This document shows positions 41,554 to 52,681 of a stretch of DNA of 64,000 nt, one piece after another. The notes under the pieces are model-generated. The model made no database searches and was not told where the DNA came from. It saw nothing but the letters and a program-made list of their open reading frames with translations. Made by a program: the position numbers and the translations under genes. The DNA comes from an uncultured Gemmatimonadaceae bacterium (GTDB taxonomy: Bacteria; Gemmatimonadota; Gemmatimonadetes; Gemmatimonadales; Gemmatimonadaceae): contig CAWBOC010000009.1 of the NCBI GenBank assembly GCA_963790305.1, forward strand, positions 288,001 to 352,000. The letters are read 5' to 3'. Position 1 is the stretch's first letter, and each line of letters opens with the position of its first letter.

Positions 41554-43458
41554 CGTACCATCCCTCGGAAGAAATCCTCGAGGCCTTCCACGAGCGCCCG
41601 CGCGTAAGCCTCCTGGTACCCAGGCGTTCGCAGCGCCGCCTCGTGCTCCGGCATCATGATGTAGGCACCCTCGGCGAGGATCGACGGCATCCACGTCGGC
41701 CGAGCGAGCGCGAGCGTGCGCGAATAAATGCCATTGTCGCGCAGTCCCATGCGGGCGACCATGCGGCGCTGCGCCGCACGAGCGAGAGGCTCTGCCTGCG
41801 GATGGAGGAAATACGTCTCGGTGCCGTGGGCGGTGAATGGATTCACCCCATCCGGCAGTGCGTTCAAGTGAATCGAGACGAGTGCGTGCGCGTTGGCGCG
41901 ACGCGCGATGATCGGACGGTCCGCGAGCGCCACCGGCTCCGGAGTGGTACGCGTCATCACGACCGTTGCTCCACGCTCCACGAGCAGCGCGCGCATGCGC
42001 TCGCCAACCGCGAGGACCGCATCTCCCTCGTACAGACCCGTCGGCCCCGTCGCGCCGATGGGTGGGTGACCTGGATCGACCGTGATGGTCAGACCACGGA
42101 GCGGCGACCCCGAACCGCGGATCTGCGGCGGGCGACGAACTCGAAGCACGAACGCGCCACGAGCGGCGTCCCAGAACGCGAGGTATCCAAACGGCCGTTC
42201 CGGCGAGATGCAGGGTAAAGCGGAGCCGATCGCTCGCCTGCTGGTCCCAGGTCACCATCCGGATGAGCGAGTCGTTCGAGACGAAGCGGGTGACGTCGCT
42301 GCTGCTCGCGGTGCCGTAGAGCGTCAGGGAGATGCTCTGGTCGCTCTGGGTGACCAGGTACGCGGGTCGCTCCGTCATCGGCACGACGAAGTCGGACCAC
42401 TCATCACCGGGCACCACGCGTGCGTTGCGCGCGACGCGTCGCGGGATGGACACCCCGGCCTCGAGAAAGCGCGCGTCCGCCGCAGGTACCCACGCCTCCA
42501 GAGTCGCGTCGAGGCGCACACGCACGAATCCGCCGCTCCCCCCGGTAAGCTCGAGGCGTGTACCGGGGAGAAGAAACCACTTGTACGTATCGTCCGGCTG
42601 CGGCCGCCCGAAGATCACGCGATCGGTGTCGCTCATCGGCGCGGGGTCAGCGCCCAGGATGACGAAGCGCGGCGCCGTGTCGGTGAGCGCAACGGCCGGC
42701 AGCGTGAGTCGCACCGTGTCGAGACCCCGCGCGACGACGATTCGCTTTGGCGAGGCGAGCATCGCGGCGGCGATCTCGATCGCCCAGGAGTCAGCTGCGC
42801 CAAGAAACCTCGCCACCGAGTCGCGCGGGAGCACCGTCGTATCGCGGCCGGTGGCGCGGAGCCCCGGCACTGCCGCTCCGTTCAGAAGCATCCGGCGTCC
42901 GGCGACCGTAGTGTCGATCTCCACCCACACCAGCGCATTCGCGGGCGCACGCAGGCTCACGCGAACGCGTTCCTCGGGACGCAGCATGAGTCCCGCAGGT
43001 GGAGTAACGCTCGCCGAGTCCACCACGAGCGGACCGTCGGGCGTGAGCGCCGCGCGCACCGCCGGTAGACGTACCGGGTGCGACACTCGTACGGTGTCGG
43101 CGCCGAGGGCCGCCACGAGGTCGAAGCGCGCGGAATCGGGGCGCGGGAGGGGCAAAAATGCGAGATAGCTTCCGTTGGGAAGCACGGGAACCCGATTACC
43201 GTTTATCGTCAATGTCGCACGGCCGTTGCCCACGTGCCCGAAGATGAAGCTCGAATCGCGGGCTTCGACCAGGGCATTCGCCAATGGATACTGCACGTGA
43301 ATGCGGAGAGGGCCTTCGATGAGCGGCACCGGCGGCAGCGCCGGGGAGCGGGATGGCGCGGGCGGCGGTGCGCTGGCGGGCGCCGCCGAGGCGCATGCGC
43401 TTACCGCCACGAGAAGCGCGACACCGGCGGGGCGTCGCGCGATCGAATGACGCAACAT
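41550..43458 (-). CDS. N-acetylmuramoyl-L-alanine amidase (Amidase_3) lipoprotein (frameshift near 42195)
   Basis: VAVSAC lipobox-like; C-terminal VDPGH, VVMTR, VSIHLNA, SILAEG in ORF 41550-42149. Confidence 0.87.
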
Positions 43459-43646
43459 GAGGTCAAGCTAACCGCGCCCCCTGAGGTGGGCGAGGTTGTC
43501 ATGGTTTGCCGCGCTTCACCGGCATTTCTATATTGCCGCGGCACCCGAACGGGAGGTGGCGCACCGCCGGGCGGCATCGTGACAACTCAACCGCCGGAGA
43601 CGTCTATTCTGTACGCCCATCCCGGCTCGACCCGCTTCCCCACTTC

Positions 43647-44822
43647 GTGACGACGCCCAACCCCTCCGCGAGCGCCACTCCGCGCGGCGATATCACCGCC
43701 CACGTCCTCGGCCGCACCGATGTCGGGCGTACGCGCGAGCACAACGAGGACGCGTTCCTCGTCGCCGATCTCAGCGCCGGCACCGTCAGCGATCAGGCCG
43801 AAGCGGTGACGTACACGCTTGGCCCGCGCGGGGCACTCTTCATGGTCGCCGATGGGCTAGGAGGCGCCGCAGCAGGCGAGATCGCGAGTGGAATGGCGGT
43901 CGATATCGTCCTTCAGGAGCTGCGCCGCACCTGGGTGAACGTGCCGGCAACCGACCCGGACGCCTTCGCTCACGCATTGAAGAAGGCCTGCGAGCTCGCC
44001 AACACCCGTATTTACGAGTACGCGATGAAGAACCCGGATCATCGCGGACTCGGCACCACGGCGACCATTGCCGGCCTGCTCGGCAACACCCTCTATCTCG
44101 TGCAGGTGGGGGACTCGCGCGCGTACATCGTGCGCGGCGGTGTGGCGCAGCAGATCACGAAGGACCAATCGCTGATGCAGCGTCTCATCGAGGCCGGGGA
44201 GCTGACGGCCGAGGAGGCCGAGCAGAGCGAGCGACGCAACATCATTCTTCAGGCCCTCGGTCCCGAGCCGGTCGTGAAGATCGATCTCACGCACCAGCCG
44301 GTGCGCCGCGGCGATCTGCTCGTGCTGTGCACCGATGGCCTCTCCGGCCAGGTCCGCAAGGAGGAGATCGCGCGCATCGTTGTGGAGGAGCGCGACCTCA
44401 CCACGGCAGGGCAGACTCTGATCGACCGCGCGAACGAGAATGGCGGTCCCGACAACATCACCGTTGTGATCGCGCACCTGGAGGGCGAGGGACTCGCGCC
44501 GCCCACGGAAAGCGACGTGGTTGGCCATTCCGTCTTCGAGCTGCAGAATGCGACGCCGTCGACGCCGCTCGCCCCGTTGCGACGCATCACCGGCAAGATG
44601 CGCAGTGTCATCACGCCTACGGAGGCGGCGAGCACCGAGGACGCGTCGCCGTTGAAGACCGCGCAGGCGTCGCGATGGAATCAAGTCCTGTTGGTGGCCC
44701 TCGCGGCGGCGCTGGTGATCGCGCTGGTTGCCTTCCTGTACGTCCACGTGCGCGGCGCCGTTGGCGGCGATAGCGCCGCACCCGCGGTCGATTCGGCCGC
44801 GGGAGCGGCCAGTCCGCAATAG
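43647..44822 (+). CDS. PP2C/Stp1 Ser/Thr phosphatase with C-terminal TM
   Basis: TDVGRTREHNEDA, VADGLGG, GTT, VGDSRAY, CTDGL, GGPDNIT. Confidence 0.92.
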   Translation: MTTPNPSASATPRGDITAHVLGRTDVGRTREHNEDAFLVADLSAGTVSDQAEAVTYTLGPRGALFMVADGLGGAAAGEIASGMAVDIVLQELRRTWVNVPATDPDAFAHALKKACELANTRIYEYAMKNPDHRGLGTTATIAGLLGNTLYLVQVGDSRAYIVRGGVAQQITKDQSLMQRLIEAGELTAEEAEQSERRNIILQALGPEPVVKIDLTHQPVRRGDLLVLCTDGLSGQVRKEEIARIVVEERDLTTAGQTLIDRANENGGPDNITVVIAHLEGEGLAPPTESDVVGHSVFELQNATPSTPLAPLRRITGKMRSVITPTEAASTEDASPLKTAQASRWNQVLLVALAAALVIALVAFLYVHVRGAVGGDSAAPAVDSAAGAASPQ

Positions 44823-44908
44823 CGGACACCGCGCGATGCGTTTTCCCGCAGATGGGCTTCGCGGCGTCGCCCGTCGGGTGACGGCCGCGCCCGACAACGC
44901 GTTGGCGG

Positions 44909-46815
44909 ATGCTTCCGCTCACGGTGCAGCTCATGCTGCTCGGGGCGGCAATGGTGGTGGCCTGGGTCCTGACGACGCGGGCTTACGACCGCATCGCAGG
45001 GCCGAAGCAGGTGGAGTCGCGCGTGCGGCATTGGCAGCTCGCCGAGGTCATCGCCGGGCGAGTCGCTGCCGCCGCGTACGAGATGCAGGGCGCCTCGCGG
45101 GCATACGCGCTCACCGGGGACAGCGCCCGCCGGCGCGAAGCCGATCACGCCGCACGGACGCCATGCAGCCCTCCTCGACTCGCTGCACACGCTCGCGGCC
45201 GTGGATCGAGACATCCTGACGCATGTGGTCGCCTATCGGGAGCTCGCATCCCGCTGGCGCGACGCACTGCAGGCGAGTGTCGCGGCACGCGACGCTCGAC
45301 GCGATTCGCGCCCTTACATCGCGCGTGAGCGCCCGCTCTCCGACAGCGCCCGCGCTTTGGCGAGATCCCTTCTCGAGGAAATGCGCGGCCGCGAGCATCT
45401 CGGCACAGATGGAGACAGAGGCGCGGATTGCCTCACGAGAGTCGTTCCTGTTGCGCGTCGGCCCGATCGTCACCGTGCTCCTGCTTCTCGGGATCGCGGG
45501 GCTCCTGTTGCGGCGTACGCTGCTCGCCGTGTCCCAGGCTGCCCGCGCGCTCGCGGAAGGGCGGTACTCCGATGTGCGCCTTCCCGCCGAGCTCGGCGCC
45601 AATCGTGAGATGCGAAAGATCGCGGACACGTTCGAGGAGCTGGCGCTCGCCATCGAGGAGCGCGAGCAGATTCTGCAAAGCGACATTCTGCAGCTGCGGG
45701 AATACGAGCAGCTCAAGAGCGACTTCGTCTCGACAGTGAGCCACGAGCTCCGAACGCCCCTGACCTCCATGCGCGGGGCATTGGGACTCGTGCTGAGCGG
45801 CGCCGCCGGTCCCTTGTCGCCCCAGGGAGACGAGCTGCTTCGGATCGCGAATCAGAATACCGAGCGGCTCATCCGACTCATCAACGACATCCTGGACGTC
45901 GAGAAGATCGAATCGGGGACGATCACGGTGCGCCGCGATCGATGCGACCTCCGCACCGTTGTCGAGACCACGATCGCGGGAGTGCATGGCTACGCCATGG
46001 AGCACCGTGTACGCATCACGGTGCGCGCACCGGATACGGCGGAGGTCATCGGCGATCAGGATCGCCTGATTCAGGTGTTCACCAACCTGGTCTCCAACGC
46101 GATCAAGTTTTCACCGGCGGATGGCGAGGTCCTGGTCACGATCGAGGTGGAACGCGAGACCGCGCGAGTGAGCGTGCGAGATCAGGGACCGGGCATTCCC
46201 ACCGAGTTTCAGCCGCGCGTCTTCGGCAAGTTTCAGCAGGCGGAGAGCTCCTCGTCCAGACGCCATGGCGGCACCGGTCTCGGCTTGGCGATCGCGCGCG
46301 CGATCGTCGAGCGACATGAGGGGCACATTCACTTCCGGACCGCTCTGGGGGCGGGCACGACGTTCACCGTCGAGCTTCCGTGCTCCGCCGGTCACGCCGC
46401 GGAGCTGAAGATCCCTGACTCCACCCTTCCGCGTGTGCTGGTCGTGGACGCCGATCGCGACATCGTGCAGATCCTCCAGAGCCTCGCCTCCTCACTCGCA
46501 CTGCTCGTTCCCGCCCGGTCGCGGGAGGACGCGCTCCGCATCGCTCGCGGGACCACGGTCGATGCCGTCATCGTGGAGCCCGAGATCCCCGGTGGAAATG
46601 GCTTCGCGGTCGTGCACGAGCTGCGATCGCTCCGCGGCTATTCAGACCTTCCGGTGATCGTCTTCTCCTCGCGCGAGTTCACCGCGACCGAGCTGCACGG
46701 TGTGACCCTGACTCCCGCGCACGCCTACGTGAAGGCGCGCGACACGGCGAAGGACGTGGTCATGCGATTGAGGGCGGTGCTTGCCGCTCGGGCAGGAGTG
46801 AGGAGTGAGGAGTGA
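44909..46815 (+). CDS. Membrane sensor histidine kinase (HAMP-HisKA-HATPase-degenerate REC; frameshifts near 45165 and 45395)
   Basis: VSHELRTPLT, NLVSNAIKF, DQGPGI, GGTGLGL; N-terminal TM and sensor region in upstream frames. Confidence 0.85.
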
Positions 46816-46860
46816 GGAGCTAGTTCGTGAGAAAGCCCTCCGGCCCCCTCGCCTCCTCGA
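46794..46860. repeat. Heptamer AGGAGTG x3 array at convergent stops with a degenerate opposite arm
   Basis: AGGAGTG AGGAGTG AGGAGTG AGGAGC supplies the HK stop; CCCCTCG CCTCCTCG opposite. Confidence 0.6.
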
Positions 46861-48268
46861 CGGCCGCGTCCCACTCCGGCGCTTCGCCTGGCTTGTTGAG
46901 TCGGAGTGAGTCCAGCAGCCGCCGAGCCAGTGCAGAGGGCGCATCGAGGATCAGGAGCAGCGCGAGATCATCGCGGTAGGCGGCGAAGCGCGCCGTCGCA
47001 CCGATGGCTCGGACCAGACGCCGCGACTCGCGCAGCCACGCGACGACACGCGGAGCGTCACTCGCCGATATGCGCGGACTCAACAGGACCGACGTCACGC
47101 GTCGCCCCGCCGCGGCAAGCACGCGATGCTGCTCGATGCTCTCCGCGACCCGCGGGGGCAAGGCGATCGCCGTCATCGCGTGCACTCCCTTGGTTAGGCG
47201 ATCCACCCGCAGGCGCTCGAGGCGGCTCGCGACCCGGGCGCGAAGCTCCAGGGGAATGAGCGGCTTGGCCAGCGTCTCATCGACCCCGGCGTCGTAGGCC
47301 GCCAGCGACGTAGCGCTGTCGAGGTTCTCCCCGAGCAACAGCACCGGAAGATCCCGATAGGCGGGCATGCCACGCAGGAGCCGAGTGAAGGCGATCGCGT
47401 CGAAGGACGGGAGTCGCGCCTCGAACAGCAGGACGACCGGCTGCTCGCGCTCGAGCGTCTCGAAGAGCTGAAGGGGTGACTCGATCGTGACGACGCGAAG
47501 CTCCTGACCGAGCGCATAACGCGCGATCTCGAGAATCGAAGGATCGTCGTCGAGGAGCAGGATCGTCGGACGGAGCCAGGTGGTGGCAAGGAGAAGCCGG
47601 TCCGCGCGATCGAACAGTGCGTCCACATCGCCCGGGCCATCGGGGCCTTCATCGACGGCGAGCGTGGGGAGCCAGCGCTCCGGCCCCGACCGCGCGACCC
47701 GAAGCGCACGTTCTCGCGACATCACCACGAGGTGCGGGATCCGGTCGCGGGTGGGCGGGCTCGTCGCTTCGCCATCCATGGTCTCGAGGACGTAGCCCCG
47801 CCTCGACGCTTCCGCCGCCAATGCGCTCTGCGTGCGTTCCCCCAGAGAGACCAACAGCATTCGACGCCGAGGCGCTGCGGTCAGCGCGGGCAATCGGTCT
47901 GCCTCGACGGGATTCTGGAACGCGAGACGAAGCGCGCTTCCGAAATGACTGATGATCGTCGCGCGACTATCGAGCTCGAGCTTGGGATCCACGATCCAGC
48001 CCGCCACCCGCTCCTCGAGTTTCGTCGCGAGCGTGCTCGCATCGAGGAATCCGTAGCTTCCCGCCGTTCCCTTGACTCGATGGAGCTCGCGCCTGAGCGC
48101 CTCGAGCGCGCGCGGCGCGGCGGGCGACGCCGTCAGCTGGGTCGCGAGCCGCTCGAACGCCGCGACGATCGGCCCGGAGGACGCGCGAAAGTGCTCGCGC
48201 AGTGCCGCGAGCGCGTGACCCACATCCGAGGTCGTTCCGCCGTTGGTGCCGATGCTTGTACTCGTCAT
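46820..48268 (-). CDS. Hpt plus atypical receiver(s) plus degenerate GGDEF-like protein
   Basis: ELHRVKGTAGSYGF Hpt; ILLLDDDP...LAKP receiver; tail lacks GGDEF. Confidence 0.75.
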   Translation of the reverse strand: MTSTSIGTNGGTTSDVGHALAALREHFRASSGPIVAAFERLATQLTASPAAPRALEALRRELHRVKGTAGSYGFLDASTLATKLEERVAGWIVDPKLELDSRATIISHFGSALRLAFQNPVEADRLPALTAAPRRRMLLVSLGERTQSALAAEASRRGYVLETMDGEATSPPTRDRIPHLVVMSRERALRVARSGPERWLPTLAVDEGPDGPGDVDALFDRADRLLLATTWLRPTILLLDDDPSILEIARYALGQELRVVTIESPLQLFETLEREQPVVLLFEARLPSFDAIAFTRLLRGMPAYRDLPVLLLGENLDSATSLAAYDAGVDETLAKPLIPLELRARVASRLERLRVDRLTKGVHAMTAIALPPRVAESIEQHRVLAAAGRRVTSVLLSPRISASDAPRVVAWLRESRRLVRAIGATARFAAYRDDLALLLILDAPSALARRLLDSLRLNKPGEAPEWDAAVEEARGPEGFLTN

Positions 48269-48359
48269 GTCGACGCGAAGCGTGACGCAACCCGCGCGGT
48301 GCTCGTCGCTCGGGAATTCGCGTAACATACAGGGCCTTCTCGCGCTTCGCGCCCCCGTC

Positions 48360-48731
48360 ATGCCGATCCGTCTGCTGTGCGCCGACGATGAAGACGACAT
48401 TCGAACGATCCTTCGATTGGCGCTTGCGCTCGATCGGGAGCTCGACGTCCACTTCGTCGCTTCGGGGGCGGAGGCGCTGGCGCAGGCGAAGGCAGGCCGC
48501 TTCGACGCCATCGTGCTCGATGGGATGATGCCGGGCCTCGACGGCTACGAGACGTGCCGCCGGCTCAAGGCCGATCCGGCAACCGCGGAGATCCCGGTCG
48601 TCTTTCTCACCGCGAAATCGCAGCGCGACGAGACGCATCGCGCGCTCGCGCTTGGCGCGATCGCCTGTCTCACCAAGCCCTTTGACCCAATGACCATCGC
48701 CGGCGACCTCCGTCGCGCACTCGGCCGCTAG
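48360..48731 (+). CDS. Single-domain response regulator
   Basis: CADDEDD, VLDGMMPGLDG, FLTAK, TKPF. Confidence 0.92.
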   Translation: MPIRLLCADDEDDIRTILRLALALDRELDVHFVASGAEALAQAKAGRFDAIVLDGMMPGLDGYETCRRLKADPATAEIPVVFLTAKSQRDETHRALALGAIACLTKPFDPMTIAGDLRRALGR

Positions 48732-48788
48732 CAGCTCGATCGCGGGGCTGGTGAAGGCGGGCGCCGCTCGTCCATATTCGCGGCGCCC

Positions 48789-50006
48789 ATGACGACGCCC
48801 GAATCTCCGCGCGCGGCTGCGCCGGTCTCCCTGCGCACGAAGCTGCTGTGGGTCGCCGCCTTTTACTTCGCATCGGGCTTCCCCTTCGGCATCACGACGG
48901 AGCTGCTGCCGGTCTATTACCGCCAGCGCGGCGTCAGTCTCACCGACATTGGGCTGCTGAGCGTCATCGCACTCCCGTGGACGTTCAAGTTCCTCTGGGC
49001 CCCGCTCGTCGATCGCATCGGGACATACAAGCGGTGGCTGCTTGGCGTGCAGATCGGGCTCGCGGGAACAATGCTCGCGCTCCTGCTGGCCGATCCGGCG
49101 CGCGCGATGCCGCTGTTGTGGGTCGTGCTGATGGCCATGGCAACGCTCTCGGCCACGCAGGACATCGTCGTCGACGCATACACGATCCGCCTGCTCGACA
49201 CGCGGGAGTACGGGGCGGCGAACGGGGTGCGCGTCACCTCCTATCGAGTGGCGATGCTGGTCGCTGCCGGGGTGTTGCTCACCGCCGCGGGCCGCATGGG
49301 ATGGCCGACGATCTTCATGCTCGCGGCGGGGATCATGCTGATCCTGACCGCGATCTCCTTCACGATTCCGAGCAGCAATGTGCCGCGAGCTGCTGCGCAC
49401 GGGGGTCTCCGCGATCTCGTCGAGCCATTCCGCGAGCTGCTGACCCTCCCTGCCGCGATCGCCGTCCTCATCTTCGTGCTGACGTTCAAGCTGGGCGACA
49501 TATCGCTCATCCCGATGACGAAGCCGTTCTGGGTCGATCGTGGCTTTTCGACCGAGAGCATCGGGGCCGCGAGCACACTCGGGATCATCGCGGCGATCGC
49601 GGGAGCGCTCCTAGGGGGCGCGCTGACGACACGGTGGGGAATCTTCACCGCACTCTGGAGCCTCGGCCTCGTGCAGGCCCTCTCCAACCTCGGCTACTGG
49701 GCGGCGTCGCAGCTGCCCGCCGAGCAGAGCGTCCTCTACGGGACGATCCTGCTGGAGCAGGTCACGTACGGGATGGGCACCGCCGCTTTCCTTTCCTTCC
49801 TCATGTCGCTGTGCTCGAAGCGATACGCGGCGACGCAATACGCGCTGCTGTCGGCGCTCTTTCGTGTTGGCGGGCTCATCGCCGGAGCGATCTCCGGCGC
49901 GATCACCGAGGACGTGGGCTACGGGACGTACTTTTTCATCACGTTCCTGCTCGCGTTGCCGGCGTTCTCGCTGCTTCCCTGGGTGCGTCGGACGGTCGCT
50001 CGTTAG
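48789..50006 (+). CDS. ampG: AmpG-like muropeptide MFS permease
   Basis: FASGFP, LPWTFKFLWAPLVD, SATQDIVVDAY, ATQYALLSAL. Confidence 0.88.
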   Translation: MTTPESPRAAAPVSLRTKLLWVAAFYFASGFPFGITTELLPVYYRQRGVSLTDIGLLSVIALPWTFKFLWAPLVDRIGTYKRWLLGVQIGLAGTMLALLLADPARAMPLLWVVLMAMATLSATQDIVVDAYTIRLLDTREYGAANGVRVTSYRVAMLVAAGVLLTAAGRMGWPTIFMLAAGIMLILTAISFTIPSSNVPRAAAHGGLRDLVEPFRELLTLPAAIAVLIFVLTFKLGDISLIPMTKPFWVDRGFSTESIGAASTLGIIAAIAGALLGGALTTRWGIFTALWSLGLVQALSNLGYWAASQLPAEQSVLYGTILLEQVTYGMGTAAFLSFLMSLCSKRYAATQYALLSALFRVGGLIAGAISGAITEDVGYGTYFFITFLLALPAFSLLPWVRRTVAR

Positions 50007-50045
50007 GCTTTCCAGTCGAGCGCGCCCGTGTACAGCGGAACTCGG

Positions 50046-51509
50046 TCAACGCGCCTTGAGAAGCCACCGCGCCGCCGCCTGCTGCATGACCGTCTCCCCG
50101 CCCCACGCACTCGCGACGTGCTTGGGCTTCTTGAGCTCGGTCGCCAGCCGCGGATGCGAGAACTGCATGACGACTGCCTCGGGCGCCTTGTCGATGACCT
50201 TGTCGACGGCTTTCCGCGCTTCGGGCGAGTAGCCTGGGCGTCCCTTCCAGCTGCGAACGTCGCCGAAGAGCGCGATGACGACGGACGCACGCCCGTCGCC
50301 ACTCACCTTGTCGACGCGCTTCACCTCGGCCCCCGCCAGCGACAACGTCTGAAAGAATGGATCTCGCGACGGCGCGGGGTATGGGCCGCCAAGGTCATCG
50401 TCGACGACGACCACCTCGACCGGCGACGTCACCCGCGGCGGGGCGCCGCGTACCACGTGCATCACGCGGTCAGCGAGCGTCGAGCCCCAGGCGACATCGG
50501 CCGCTGACGCGCGGCGGTACTCGTTGGGCGGGGACGCCCACTGCGCCCACTTCTGACGCCGCCGCAACGAGTGCTGTACGCGCTCGCGATCGAGCGTGCC
50601 GTTCTCCACCGCCTTCTCGATGGCGTGCGCCACCGCCGCGAGATCCTTGGGGTACAGCAGCACATCGCAGCCGGCATCGATCGCCCGGATGGCGGCTTCG
50701 CCCTCGGTGCGCCCCTCGAGGACGCCGTCCATGATGAACGCATCCGTGACAATGAGTCCTTCGAACTTCATCTGCTGGCGCAGCAGCCAGCGCAGGATCT
50801 CTCGGGACAGCGTCGCGGGCATCCCGCTCGGATCGAGTGCGGGAAAGGCGACGTGCGCGGTCATCACCGACGCGACCCCGGCTTCGATCGCCGCGCGGAA
50901 GGGCAAGAGATCGTTGTCGAGCAGATCCTGCCTCGACGCGTTCACGACCGGCATCGTCATGTGCGAGTCGACCGTGGTTCGCCCATGCCCCGGGAAATGC
51001 TTCGCGCACGCGAGCACTCCCTCCGCCTGGCAGGCGTCGATCCACTCGCTCGCGAGCTTCGCCACGAGCCGGGGGTTGCTCCCTAACGAGCGCGTGCCAA
51101 TGATCGGATTGGTCGGCTCAATGTCGAGGTCGCACACCGGTGCGTAGTCCCAGTTCACGCCCATCGTACGAGCCTCACGGGCGGTCAGCCGTGCGGCGCG
51201 ACGGACCGCGTCGGTGTCCCCGAGCGACGCGATGGCCGCGAGCGGCGGCAACCCCGTGGCGCCGGAGATCTGCTGCCCGGCACCGCGCTCGAGGTCTGCC
51301 CCGATGAGCAAGGGCACTCGGGAGCGCTGGCGGAGCTCCTTCGTCAGGGAGCGCACCGCATCTTCGACCCCGCCGAACAGAATGAATCCGCCGACGCCGA
51401 GCTGCAGCCCCTTCTCGATGAGCGGCCGCTCCTTCTCCCATCCAACGGCCGTGTCCCAGCGAAGCGCGGGGAGGAGCAGCTGCGCGACGCCGTTCACGCG
51501 GGACTCCAT
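50046..51509 (-). CDS. nagZ: GH3 beta-N-acetylglucosaminidase
   Basis: ADLERG, APVCD, KHFPGHG, VMTAH, IVTDA; next to anmK and murQ. Confidence 0.85.
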   Translation of the reverse strand: MESRVNGVAQLLLPALRWDTAVGWEKERPLIEKGLQLGVGGFILFGGVEDAVRSLTKELRQRSRVPLLIGADLERGAGQQISGATGLPPLAAIASLGDTDAVRRAARLTAREARTMGVNWDYAPVCDLDIEPTNPIIGTRSLGSNPRLVAKLASEWIDACQAEGVLACAKHFPGHGRTTVDSHMTMPVVNASRQDLLDNDLLPFRAAIEAGVASVMTAHVAFPALDPSGMPATLSREILRWLLRQQMKFEGLIVTDAFIMDGVLEGRTEGEAAIRAIDAGCDVLLYPKDLAAVAHAIEKAVENGTLDRERVQHSLRRRQKWAQWASPPNEYRRASAADVAWGSTLADRVMHVVRGAPPRVTSPVEVVVVDDDLGGPYPAPSRDPFFQTLSLAGAEVKRVDKVSGDGRASVVIALFGDVRSWKGRPGYSPEARKAVDKVIDKAPEAVVMQFSHPRLATELKKPKHVASAWGGETVMQQAAARWLLKAR

Positions 51510-52681
51510 TTGCCGAGGAGGCGTCGACCGCGCGCGCCGGTCGCTCCCGGCATGTTACCCGATCGCCCTTCGACGAAGAGATATCCCATCAATGCGAATG
51601 CCACCGCTTCCTTGGCTTCCCCGTCGAAGAAGAGATCATCGAAGCGCGTGACGGCCACGGGCGCGAGTCGGGTTGTGATCGCATCGACGAGCGCCGGGTT
51701 GCGTGCGCCGCCCCCCGACACGACCACCTCCGCCACCGGTTCGGGAATGAAGCGTCGGAACGCGTCGGCGATGCTTGCCGCGGTGAGCGCGACCGCCGTC
51801 GCGACGATATCCTCGGTGGTGGCTGTGCACTGCTCGCGACAGATCGCGATGAGCCGCTCCATGTACGCGCGAGTGAAGAGCTCACGGCCCGTGCTCTTCG
51901 GAGGCGGTGCCGCAAAGTAGGGCTCGGCAAGCAGCTCGCGGACGACGGCTTCACACTCACGTCCCCGCCTCGCGAGCGCCCCATCAATGTCGTAAGGCAA
52001 TTCGGGAACGAGCATTCGCGTCACGCCGTCCATGACACCCACGCCTGGACCCGTGTCGAACGCGCGCACACCTTCGAGCCCGCCGCCGGGCGGCACCACG
52101 GTGATGTTCCCAATGCCACCGAGGTTCTGGAGTGCGCGCCATCGCTGCACGTCATGAAAGAGCAGCGCGTCGGCGATCGGAACCAGCGGTGCGCCCTGCC
52201 CTCCCGCAGCGACATCGCGAACCCGGAAGTCGCTCACGACACCGATGCCGGTTCGCTCGGCGATCACAGCCGGCTCGCCGAACTGCCAGGTCGAATGACC
52301 CGGCTCATGCCACACGGTTTGACCGTGCGAGGCGATCGCGCGCACGTCTTCGCGCGAAACCCCGGCGTCAGCCAGCACGGCCACCGCCGCGTCGGCGAGC
52401 CAGGCGCCCAGCTCGAAGTTGAGGCGGCAGTACTCGGTGGGCGACGTTCCCTCGAGTGCGCGCAGCAGACGGTCACGCTGTTCACGCGTGTAGGAGAACG
52501 AACGATACGCGAGCAGCTCCGCCGAGATATGGTCGACACCCGGGACGAATCGCGTCACGGCAGCGGAGATTCCGTCGAGCGACGTGCCCGACATGAGCCC
52601 CACGACCACGGCCGGGGTCAGCGGCCGCTCTTCCGTGAGTTGGGAGGCGCGCGCGGAACCAGTGCGAGGCGCGGCGGTCAC
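51494..52681 (-). CDS. anmK: Anhydro-N-acetylmuramic acid kinase
   Basis: GLMSGTSLDG, SHGQT, DVAAGGQGAPLVP, FDTGPG, PKSTGRE, KEAVAFA. Confidence 0.95.
   Translation of the reverse strand: MTAAPRTGSARASQLTEERPLTPAVVVGLMSGTSLDGISAAVTRFVPGVDHISAELLAYRSFSYTREQRDRLLRALEGTSPTEYCRLNFELGAWLADAAVAVLADAGVSREDVRAIASHGQTVWHEPGHSTWQFGEPAVIAERTGIGVVSDFRVRDVAAGGQGAPLVPIADALLFHDVQRWRALQNLGGIGNITVVPPGGGLEGVRAFDTGPGVGVMDGVTRMLVPELPYDIDGALARRGRECEAVVRELLAEPYFAAPPPKSTGRELFTRAYMERLIAICREQCTATTEDIVATAVALTAASIADAFRRFIPEPVAEVVVSGGGARNPALVDAITTRLAPVAVTRFDDLFFDGEAKEAVAFALMGYLFVEGRSGNMPGATGARGRRLLGKWSPA

Noticed and set aside
39628..43458. 1276-aa ORF that looks like a giant fusion protein
   Set aside because: A frameshift near 42195 joins the amidase N-terminus to the next gene; the amidase domain is in another frame and the second gene has its own signal peptide at 41553.
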